This document shows positions 27,635 to 35,784 of a stretch of 38,665 nt of DNA, in pieces. Under the pieces are notes generated by a model that saw nothing but the letters and a program-made list of their open reading frames with translations, made no database searches and had not been told where the DNA came from. The stretch's first letter is position 1. Each line of letters starts with the position of its first letter. Source of the stretch: Polyangia bacterium. Lineage in GTDB: Bacteria > Myxococcota_A > Polyangia > Palsa-1104 > JAEUJZ01. The DNA lies in contig JBBRLA010000002.1 in NCBI GenBank assembly GCA_038231615.1, positions 1 through 38,665 on the forward strand, in the 5' to 3' direction. The position numbers and the translations under genes are program-made.

Positions 27635-28973
27635 CGCCCTGCTTTTGCGCGGGGGGACGCTGGTCACCATGGACCCGGCCCGCGAGATCGTGGCCGGGGA
27701 CCTGCTGATCGAGAAGGGCCGCATCACCGCGCTGGGCGCCATCCCCGAGGTCCCCGTCGGCACCGAAGTGCTGGATGCCACCGGGTGCCTGGTGATGCCG
27801 GGACTGGTGCAGGCCCATGTGCACCTGTGCCAAACCCTCTGCCGGGGGCAGGCAGAGGACCTGCCGCTGCTCTCCTGGCTGCGCGAGCGGGTCTGGCCCT
27901 ATGAGGCGGCGCTCTCGGAGGAAGCGACGGCGGTGTCGGCGCAGCTCGGGTGCGCGGAGCTTCTGCTCTCGGGGACCACTGCGATCCTCGACATGGGCAC
28001 GGTGCACCACGAGGAGGCGCTGATCGAGGCCGTGGCCCGGATCGGCATCCGCGCCACGATGGGCAAGGCGATGATGGACCTGCACGGGGAGGCGCCGGCA
28101 GGACTTCACGAGACCACCCGGGACTCGCTGGCCGAGTCTGACGAGCTGTGCCGACGCTGGCACGGCAAGCGGGAGGGGCGCATCCGCTATGCATACGCAC
28201 CGCGCTTCGTGCTCTCGTGCAGCGATGAACTCATGCGCGGGGTGGCGGAGCGGGTGGCGGCGGGGGGGGCGGATGGGCCGCGGGTACACACCCACGCGGC
28301 GGAGCAGCAGGCGGAGCTGGCGCTGGTGCGGCAGCGGCTGGGGCGGGACAACGTCGCGGCGCTGGCCCACCTGGGGATCGCCGGGGATCGCACGGTGCTG
28401 GCCCACTGCGTCCACGTGGACCAGGCGGAGCGCCACACGCTCTCGTCGTGGGGCACCCACGTGGTACACTGCCCGTCGTCGAACCTGAAGCTGGGTTCAG
28501 GGCTGGCCCCGGTGGTCGAACTCCTTGCGCTGGGGATCAACGTGGCCCTGGGGGCCGACGGAGCGCCGTGCAACAACCGGCTGGACGGGTTCGAGGAGCT
28601 GCGGCTGTGTTCCTTGCTGCAACGAGGTCGCCTGGGGCCGACGGCAATCACCGCCCGGCAGGCCCTTTCGTGCGCCACTCTTGGCGGAGCGCGGGCGCTG
28701 GGGCTTTCGCGGGAGATCGGATCGCTTGAGGTGGGCAAGCGGGCCGACGTGGTGGTGGTGGATGTACAGAAGGTGCACCTGACCCCGGATTACGATCCGC
28801 TCTCGGCGCTGTGCCACGGGGTCCGCGGCAGCGATGTGCGGGACGTGCTGGTGGATGGCCAGCTGCTGGTGCGAGGGGGACGGCTGACGGAGCACACCGG
28901 CCTGGACCTTTCGACCCTGCGTGAGCAGGCGAATGAACAGGCGCGACTTACCTTGCGACGGGCTGGGCGTTAG
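27627..28973 (+). CDS. Amidohydrolase-family nucleoside deaminase (5'-deoxyadenosine/MTA/SAH deaminase-like)
   Basis: PGLVQAHVHLCQT, YAPRF, HTHAAE, LAHCVH, HCPSSNLKL, GADGAPCNN, IGSLEVGKRAD. Substrate inferred from family resemblance and operon context. Confidence 0.88.
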   Translation: MADALLLRGGTLVTMDPAREIVAGDLLIEKGRITALGAIPEVPVGTEVLDATGCLVMPGLVQAHVHLCQTLCRGQAEDLPLLSWLRERVWPYEAALSEEATAVSAQLGCAELLLSGTTAILDMGTVHHEEALIEAVARIGIRATMGKAMMDLHGEAPAGLHETTRDSLAESDELCRRWHGKREGRIRYAYAPRFVLSCSDELMRGVAERVAAGGADGPRVHTHAAEQQAELALVRQRLGRDNVAALAHLGIAGDRTVLAHCVHVDQAERHTLSSWGTHVVHCPSSNLKLGSGLAPVVELLALGINVALGADGAPCNNRLDGFEELRLCSLLQRGRLGPTAITARQALSCATLGGARALGLSREIGSLEVGKRADVVVVDVQKVHLTPDYDPLSALCHGVRGSDVRDVLVDGQLLVRGGRLTEHTGLDLSTLREQANEQARLTLRRAGR

Positions 28974-29472
28974 CGCCGGCGGCCTCTTCAGCGGCCCCGC
29001 GGCGCACTTTGCGCTCGCCGCGGATCTCGTTGCGCTCCCCGCGACGCTCCTGGCGTTCGCCCCGGACCTCCTTGACCTCGCCCCGGCGCACCTCTGCGGC
29101 GCCGTGCGCTTCCTTGGCGGCGCCCCGCGCCTCCAGGCGCTCTCCCTTGGCCTCGACCCGTGCCGCAGCGACCGGGTGGCCGGTGGCATCCAGGACGGCG
29201 GCGCGCTGTTCCAGCCGCTCCCCGCGGCGCTCCAGGCGCTCGCCGCGGACCTCCTTGCGCTCCCCGCGCTGCTCCAGACGCTCGCCCCGGACTTCCTTGC
29301 GCTCCCCGCGACGCTCCTGGACAGCGCCCCGGACCTCCTGCCGCTGGCCGCGGTTCACCTGGGCGGCGCCCGCGGCCTCTACGGCGACGTTGTCGGCATG
29401 GGCCAGGACAGGCGCCAGGCAGAAAGTGCTCACCAGGGCCAGGCGGGAAACGATGGTTTTCACGGTCAGCAT
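28948..29472 (-). CDS. Secreted Arg/Glu/Gly-rich repeat protein
   Basis: AAGGAGG RBS, signal peptide ending AHA-D, 7-aa periodic GERxxxR repeats. Confidence 0.8.
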   Translation of the reverse strand: MLTVKTIVSRLALVSTFCLAPVLAHADNVAVEAAGAAQVNRGQRQEVRGAVQERRGERKEVRGERLEQRGERKEVRGERLERRGERLEQRAAVLDATGHPVAAARVEAKGERLEARGAAKEAHGAAEVRRGEVKEVRGERQERRGERNEIRGERKVRRGAAEEAAGANAQPVAR

Positions 29473-29583
29473 TGAAGTCCTCCTTGGTTGCCAGTTCAGA
29501 CGGACCCACGGCCCGCTTATTCAAGCAACCCCTGACCGATCTCCTCGGACGACATGGGCTATGCTAGCCTACCCAGGTCAACG

Positions 29584-31047
29584 ATGAACGCCAAGATCCT
29601 TCATGTGAATCTGCAGGGTGGGCAGAACACGGAGTTTCCCCTTTTGCCGCAGGGCGTGATTCTCGGCAGGGCCCCGGCGTCCGACGTCCGCCTCGACGAT
29701 CCCTCCATGTCCAGCGTCCATGCCCAGGTCTTCTTTCAGGGCGGGGCCTGGTGGGTCGAGGACCGAAAGTCCCTCAACGGCACCTATGTGAACGGCATCC
29801 GTGTCAGCGGTCGAGTCCAGCTTTCCCACATGGCCCACCTGCGCTGCGGGTCGGTCCAGCTATGGTTCCTGCTGATCGTCGGCGTGGACAGCCCCACCCT
29901 CTTGCCAGGATCAGGGCCAGGGCCAGGGCCAGGGATGATCAGTCCCCGAGAGCTTTCTTCCCTGAAACAGGATCGCGACCGCCTGCGCGAGCAGGTCGAG
30001 GACATCAGGCGCCACGCGGAGGCCGATCTCTTGCCCGTGGTCACCGAGCGGGACTCCCTGCGCGACGAGCTGTGGAAGATCCGCCGGACCTGCACCGCCG
30101 CAGAGCAGGAAACCAAGGGGCTGCGTGAGGATCTTTTTCGCACCACGCAAAAGAACGGGGAACAGGAACTCAAGTTGCAGGCGCTGCTTTTGGAATCGCA
30201 GAACGATCACCGCCTGGCCGAGCAACGGCGCATCGAGGTCGAGCGGCTGAAGTCCGAGGGACAGAAGAAGGAGCAGGCAGCGGACGAGAAGCGGCTGGCC
30301 CTTGAGGGACGGGTCCGCGATCTGGAGGCAAAGGGGACGCTCCTTCTGGCCGAGAACAGCGAGCTGCGGGGGGCGGTGAAGCAGTCCCGGCAGAAGGCCG
30401 ATGAGCAGGAGGTCGCCAATCAGAACCAGAAACAAGAGAAAGAAAAAGCGACCCAGGCCCTGGACCAAAGAAACCGGGAGATGCGCGAGCTGAGGGGGCA
30501 CCTCACCGAGCTGGAGGTCAAGGTCAGCGCCGCCGAGAAGAAGGCCGAGCTTTCGACCGGAAAGCTCGACGCCATCATCGGCGAGAGAGACACCCTGAAG
30601 AAGCGCTACGATGAGCGCGTGGTCGCGCACACCGGGGTAAACGCGGAGAACCGCCTCCTGCGGGACGAACTTTTGCGATTAAAAGATGTGACCGCCCGGG
30701 AGGTAGGCCACCTCCGTCGGGAGAACCGTCGGCTCACCGAGGCGCTCGAAGAGCGGCGTGACGCGACACCCGCGAAAACTGCGGGAACGGGGCAGGCACC
30801 GGAAGAAGCCGCGACCTCGGCGACCCGGCAGATAGCCGCCCTGGTCTACCGCGGGGCCAGCAAGACCCTCGCCGCCTTGCAGGTCGATCTCCTTACCGCG
30901 CTGGACGGCTGCGCGGCACAGAAGGGCCCCCAATCTACCGATCAAGAGGCGCTGCGGGTGAGCTTGCAGAAGATGCTTGGACTGACCGAAGAGGCCACCA
31001 CCTGTATCGGCAGCCTCCAGCACGTCATTGATCGTGAAGCGCCGTAG
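29584..31047 (+). CDS. FHA-domain protein with long coiled coil
   Basis: LGR, SSVHA, DRKSLNGTYVNG; GPGPGPG linker; ~300 aa of E/K/R/L heptads. Start moved to ATG 29584. Confidence 0.88.
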   Translation: MNAKILHVNLQGGQNTEFPLLPQGVILGRAPASDVRLDDPSMSSVHAQVFFQGGAWWVEDRKSLNGTYVNGIRVSGRVQLSHMAHLRCGSVQLWFLLIVGVDSPTLLPGSGPGPGPGMISPRELSSLKQDRDRLREQVEDIRRHAEADLLPVVTERDSLRDELWKIRRTCTAAEQETKGLREDLFRTTQKNGEQELKLQALLLESQNDHRLAEQRRIEVERLKSEGQKKEQAADEKRLALEGRVRDLEAKGTLLLAENSELRGAVKQSRQKADEQEVANQNQKQEKEKATQALDQRNREMRELRGHLTELEVKVSAAEKKAELSTGKLDAIIGERDTLKKRYDERVVAHTGVNAENRLLRDELLRLKDVTAREVGHLRRENRRLTEALEERRDATPAKTAGTGQAPEEAATSATRQIAALVYRGASKTLAALQVDLLTALDGCAAQKGPQSTDQEALRVSLQKMLGLTEEATTCIGSLQHVIDREAP

Positions 31048-31059
31048 GCGCCGCGGTTC
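31025..31059 (+). repeat. 33-bp hairpin repeat, copy C, spanning the FHA gene stop
   Basis: TCATTGATCGTGAAGCGCCGTAGGCGCCGCGGTTC; 32/35 identical to 23714-23748. Confidence 0.85.
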
Positions 31060-31077
31060 TGGTCCGGCGAGGCCAGC

Positions 31078-31269
31078 CTATTCCGTCTCGGGCTCCAGCA
31101 CGTCCTCGACCGAGGAGGCCTTGCGCGCCCGATCGAGCCAGTGCTGAAGGCCAGCCGGATCGTGGCACCCGGAGATGAGGCGGCGCGTCCCCTCGCTGAT
31201 GGGGATGTCTCGCTCGGACAGGACGTTCAACACCTGTTCGGCCACGGATTCTGTTTTTTCGCCCGACAT
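31078..31269 (-). CDS. 63-aa protein resembling the C-terminal module of Rpn/PD-(D/E)XK putative transposases
   Basis: AGGAG RBS then MSGEKTESVAEQVLNVLSERDIPISEGTRRLISGCHDPAGLQHWLDRARKASSVEDVL. Confidence 0.7.
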   Translation of the reverse strand: MSGEKTESVAEQVLNVLSERDIPISEGTRRLISGCHDPAGLQHWLDRARKASSVEDVLEPETE

Positions 31270-31567
31270 GATGTACTCCTGATCTGGGTGTCGGCCGCCC
31301 GGCGTGAACAGAGAAGAGATGCCGGACGAGTTCATTTTTCCAGTGTCAGCCCGCCCTGCCCGACGGCCAGAGGCCATTAGCCAATGGATCGATCAGAGCA
31401 GGCGATCCAGACCGCCGGAACCTGCCCTTCCTAGATCAAGCTTTACCACGATCTCACGCCCGCGTCGGAAAAAAGCGTCACGCGAAAAAGGTTCAACGGT
31501 TGGGTCTGCTGAAAGGCGGCAGGCCAGAAGGGACACGCCAGGCTCGGCAAGGAACCGCTGGCGGGCG

Positions 31568-31606
31568 GATGCAATGTCGCTGGAACTGCAACTCCGGGGC
31601 CTGGTA
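31568..31606. repeat. 39-bp intergenic copy of coding sequence 32445-32483
   Basis: 37/39 identical with a perfect 32-bp core TGTCGCTGGAACTGCAACTCCGGGGCCTGGTA. Confidence 0.9.
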
Positions 31607-31760
31607 CAGTATAGGCGCCCATCACCTGCAGTTGAGGTATACAGGCCCATGAAGACGAAGCTCGGATCGTGCACTCGGGCCGAGGCAGCGTGGTGGGTGA
31701 AACCGAGGCACGAAGTTGGAAATCGGAATCAAAACCCTTCCGCCGGTTTCACCCTCCCGG

Positions 31761-34700
31761 TCAGCGGCCCTTCGTCTTAGCGCCGTGGGGCTTGCCCTTG
31801 GGGTCGGGGGGCGGCGTCGCGCCGAAGACAATCTCCTGGGGTTGGCTCAGCACCTTCTGCACCGCCTGGCGGAAAACGGCGTACTCGCTGAGGGCCAGGC
31901 TGCTGCAGGTGCGCCGGTAGTCGAAGCGTAGTGTGACCCGCCGGTCTTCGGCGGTGGTGGTGCGCCCGGCTTCGAAGCACGGCCCGCTGACGTGGAACTC
32001 CGCGGGGGTATAACTCTGCTGGTAGCCCGGCGGCAGCTCCGCCGAAAACTCCAGCGATACGGTGTCGGTGGCGCCAAACCACAGCGGATGGTGCCGCTCG
32101 CCCAGCGTGACCGCGCCGCCCAGCGGGAAAAAGGACGGCACCTTCAGCCGCCAGTTCTTGCCCTCGGCCTGAAGCGATGCGCTCACGTCGGCGTCCAGTT
32201 CGACCGACACCGGCTGCCACACATCCTCGGCGTGGGCCGCCTTCATTTCCTTCATCGTCGAGCCGGCGAAGAGGCTGGCGGTGCTCTGCTGCAACGCCCG
32301 CTGCGCCTCCTCCGGGTTGCGCAGAAGACGCCGCAAGATGGAGGCCAGCGTGCCGCGCAGGGTGGTCTCGATGTGCGCGCTGGCCTTTGGCGCCGGGTCG
32401 CCGTTGCCGGCAGGATCGCCGCCGGGCGCCTGCACCTTCACCACGATGCGGTGTCGCTGGAACTGCAACTCCGGGGCCTGGTAGGGGATGGCGATAAACT
32501 CATAGGCCCCGGTCTCGGGATCGATCACCAGGCTCAGGGCCCCCTGATCGTCGGCGCGCAGGTTCCCCATGTCCAGGCCGTCCACAGTCGGGTCCAGAAA
32601 GAACCCCTCGGCGAAGCCGGTCTGCTTGGGGATGTAGGCGATGGCGTGATTGAACTGCTGGTTGGGCACCTCCCGCTCGACTTGCCCCACATCGGTGGTG
32701 CGCAGGATGGCGAAACGCACGGCGATGCCCACCTGCTTGGCCAGTTGAATCAGCAGCAGCGACTTGTCCTTGCAGTCGCCATAGCCGCGCTCCAGCACCA
32801 CCGGGCAAGCATGCGGTCGCACCCCGGCGATGGTGTTCTCATAGTCCATCTGGTAGCGGATCTCCTGGGAGACAAAGTGGAAGAGCTTCTCCAGGCATTC
32901 CCGGGGCTTCTCGCGAACGCCCTTGCACAGACGCTGCGCCAGCGCCACCACCTGGGGACTGCTGCGGTACACCCCCGACAGGAGCGCCCGCTCCCAGCGC
33001 ACATAATCCTCCCAGCTCGGCACGCTGCTGACGCTCACCGAGCGCCGCACGTCGCCGATCGGCGGCATCTGCGGCTCCCGGAAAAGCGGTGCCACGCCGT
33101 GCACGCTGAAGTGGTGGACCTGGCGCCCATCGACCACGCTGCGATTGTGCGCCACCTGGCCGTGGATGGCCAGGTGCAATGCACGATCCGCCGGCCACCC
33201 GGGAGGCAGCACCAGCCACCATGATTGATCTTCAATCTGCTCATTAATCCCCTGGAATGGCACCGTGCCGACGTACTGATTGGGCAGAAACCCCTGGGTC
33301 CCCTGCGGCTCGACGTACTGGAGCACGGTGAGCGAACTGGCGCTCAACTTGCGGAAGCGCACCTCGCCGCCGCGGATCGACGCCGCCTGCTGGCGCTCGC
33401 CGCCGCGATCGATGGCGTAGGCCTTGCGGATGCGCTGTCGTCCGCCTCCCAGACGGATGAGGGTCAGGGCGTCCCGGCCGCGCTCGTTCAGCGCCATCGC
33501 CACCCGGGTCACCGTCCGCTCGCTGCTGCCGTCGGCATGCACCTCGGACACCAGACTTTGAAGCAGCACTGCCACATCGGCGCCAGGGTGGCCCACCAGG
33601 CGTCCGGCGCGGGCGATGACCTCCTCGATGGCGTCGTCCGTGGGTACGAATCGCTTGCTGAATCCCTGGTCGTTGGGCTGCAAAAACTCCAGCCGCTCAG
33701 CCAGCGCGGCGCTCCCCGGGGCGCGTTCCAGGGCCAGGCGCAGGCACCGCAGCGACTCGGCGGCCTGGCCACGATCGTCTGCCAGGATGGCCAGGTGCTC
33801 CCATGGGGATGAGGCGTCGGGATCGATGTCGAGCGCTTGCTTGTAGCAGCGCTCCGCCCCGGGGCCGTCCCCGGCCTTCCGGCGTAGGTCGCCTTCCTCC
33901 ATGTAGAGCAGCGGATGATAGGGGCGCAGGCGCTCCCGTTCCTGTGCGTAGGCGATGGCGCGGCGCAGGTCGAAGCGGCGCGCGGCGATCGAGAGCAGGG
34001 CGCGCAGCGGTGCGTCGGCATTGGGGGCCAGCGCCTGGGCGCGGCGGTACGCGACCGTGGCCTCGTCGATGAAGCCTTGCTTGGCCAGGCACTCGCCGTG
34101 CTCCAGGTGGGCGGCGGCGTTGTCGGGCCAGCGTTCGAGGATGCGCTGAAGCTCCCTGCAGCGGTCGACCTGCCAGTCCCGCTGGTCGAAGAGCCGGGCC
34201 AGCTCCAGTTGCGCCTCGCGTGCCTGGGGTGCGCCGGACAGGGCCTGGGTCAGGTCCTGATAGGCCTTGTCGAGCTGCTGCTTGCCCCGATAGAAGCGGG
34301 CCCGCTCCAGCAGGAAGGCCGGCACCTTGGCTGCGTCGCCCCGCAAGGCGCGGTCGAGCAGGTCGATGAATTTTCCCGCTTCCTCGTTGAACTTGTAGGC
34401 CAGGCCGGCGTGGTACTGCGCTAGCAGGTTGCTGGGGGCGGCGGCCAAAAACTCGCCGAACGGCGCCAGGGCCTTCTCTGTCAGACCGGCCTGCTGATAC
34501 AGGTTGCCGAGCAGGAAGCGCCGCCGGTTGTTGGGAAAGATGTGCGCAATGCTCGCCGAGTTGCCGATGCGATCGGCGACGGCCGGCTCGGGGCCTTTTT
34601 TATAGGGCATTTTCGCGGTGCTGTACTGCAGGTCCGGCAGCGCGACACCGTCATCGTCGGTGATGCGGGCGGCCAGGGTGAACCGGCCGCGCTTGTTGGC

Positions 34701-35693
34701 GGCCTTGATGAGCAGCTTGTTCCAGCCCTTTTGCAGGTCTACCTGGGCCACCAGGTTGTCGGCGTCGCCGGCATGGACGTTCTCCTCCGAGAGCACCACC
34801 CCGTCGTTCCACAGGACCCGGGCGGCGCTGGCGGTGGTCAGGCGAAGCTGCGCCGGCCGTTCGCTGGCGGAATACACGAAGGAAAGCAGATAGGTGACGG
34901 CGAACTGGTCGGGAGACAGAAGGTCCGAGAGCGGTACGGCGCCGTCCTCGGTCAGGCGTTTCACCGTGCGCCAGCGGACCGGGACCAGCGCGCCGGGCAG
35001 CGATCGCTGAAGGTCTGCTCCAGCCTCCGCATCGACCTCGGGAGGATAAGCGGTGAGGAACCCCTTGCCCTGCTCATTATCAAACGCGCCGATGAGCAAA
35101 AAACGGTCCATATATCCCAATGCCTTCAGATAGGGGGCCGCCTCCCGCGGGTCGCGATCGTAGAGCAGGCCGACCAGGTGCTGCGCCGCCAGGGCGCGCA
35201 TGATCTTGCGCGGGTGCTCCCGGTAGATCTCCCGAAGCAGGGCGATGGTGGCACTGTCCTCTGAGGCGGTGTGTTCCTGGCGGTCGATTTCCCACAGGTA
35301 GAGTTCGGGGGCCTCCGCACTGACATCGGCGGCGGCCTTCATGAAGTGGAGCCAGGCCAGGTGTGGATCGCCCTGAAGGACCGCCAGGTGGGCGGCGACC
35401 TCGTGCAGGGCGGGGTGATCGGGGTAGCTGGACAGGGCGGCGTCGAGGTCCCGTTGCAGGTCCGCCGGGGTAAAGCGCCCTTGATAGAAGGCCGAGAGAA
35501 TGGGGGCCACGACGGTGTTGACGTCCGGGCCCTCGGGGGAACGGGTCAGGCGCCAGCCGGCATGTCCGCCGCCGCCAGCGTCGGGCGAAGCGGCGGGAAA
35601 GTCCCGGTAGGTCGCGGGCCTGCCGGCGCAGTGGGTGAAGGACAGAAGGACCAGGGGCCCCAGCAGGGAGCTGAGGGAAAGGCGCGTCGGCAT
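31761..35693 (-). CDS. Large TPR + DUF3857-like + transglutaminase-like exported protein (probable lipoprotein)
   Basis: Signal with Cys (LLSFTHC); beta-sandwich (VDLQKGWNKLLIK); TPRs; GYGDCKDKS, FNHAIAY and FFLDPT give a Cys-His-Asp triad. Confidence 0.88.
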   Translation of the reverse strand: MPTRLSLSSLLGPLVLLSFTHCAGRPATYRDFPAASPDAGGGGHAGWRLTRSPEGPDVNTVVAPILSAFYQGRFTPADLQRDLDAALSSYPDHPALHEVAAHLAVLQGDPHLAWLHFMKAAADVSAEAPELYLWEIDRQEHTASEDSATIALLREIYREHPRKIMRALAAQHLVGLLYDRDPREAAPYLKALGYMDRFLLIGAFDNEQGKGFLTAYPPEVDAEAGADLQRSLPGALVPVRWRTVKRLTEDGAVPLSDLLSPDQFAVTYLLSFVYSASERPAQLRLTTASAARVLWNDGVVLSEENVHAGDADNLVAQVDLQKGWNKLLIKAANKRGRFTLAARITDDDGVALPDLQYSTAKMPYKKGPEPAVADRIGNSASIAHIFPNNRRRFLLGNLYQQAGLTEKALAPFGEFLAAAPSNLLAQYHAGLAYKFNEEAGKFIDLLDRALRGDAAKVPAFLLERARFYRGKQQLDKAYQDLTQALSGAPQAREAQLELARLFDQRDWQVDRCRELQRILERWPDNAAAHLEHGECLAKQGFIDEATVAYRRAQALAPNADAPLRALLSIAARRFDLRRAIAYAQERERLRPYHPLLYMEEGDLRRKAGDGPGAERCYKQALDIDPDASSPWEHLAILADDRGQAAESLRCLRLALERAPGSAALAERLEFLQPNDQGFSKRFVPTDDAIEEVIARAGRLVGHPGADVAVLLQSLVSEVHADGSSERTVTRVAMALNERGRDALTLIRLGGGRQRIRKAYAIDRGGERQQAASIRGGEVRFRKLSASSLTVLQYVEPQGTQGFLPNQYVGTVPFQGINEQIEDQSWWLVLPPGWPADRALHLAIHGQVAHNRSVVDGRQVHHFSVHGVAPLFREPQMPPIGDVRRSVSVSSVPSWEDYVRWERALLSGVYRSSPQVVALAQRLCKGVREKPRECLEKLFHFVSQEIRYQMDYENTIAGVRPHACPVVLERGYGDCKDKSLLLIQLAKQVGIAVRFAILRTTDVGQVEREVPNQQFNHAIAYIPKQTGFAEGFFLDPTVDGLDMGNLRADDQGALSLVIDPETGAYEFIAIPYQAPELQFQRHRIVVKVQAPGGDPAGNGDPAPKASAHIETTLRGTLASILRRLLRNPEEAQRALQQSTASLFAGSTMKEMKAAHAEDVWQPVSVELDADVSASLQAEGKNWRLKVPSFFPLGGAVTLGERHHPLWFGATDTVSLEFSAELPPGYQQSYTPAEFHVSGPCFEAGRTTTAEDRRVTLRFDYRRTCSSLALSEYAVFRQAVQKVLSQPQEIVFGATPPPDPKGKPHGAKTKGR

Positions 35694-35784
35694 GGGTATG
35701 GAATCCGCGGCGTGTCGTCCCGCCGTTCATGAACGGTAGCACGCCACGGTTGACTTTGGGCCCTGGTCAAGACAGGGTCTCCTC

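Noticed and set aside
31393-31674. 93-aa and 60-aa minus-strand ORFs in the intergenic region
   Set aside because: No motifs, no clear RBS and weak codon bias.
31568-32483. Diversity-generating retroelement TR/VR pair
   Set aside because: Only 39 bp with two mismatches, which are T/C on the coding strand; the target is not C-terminal; no reverse transcriptase in the window.
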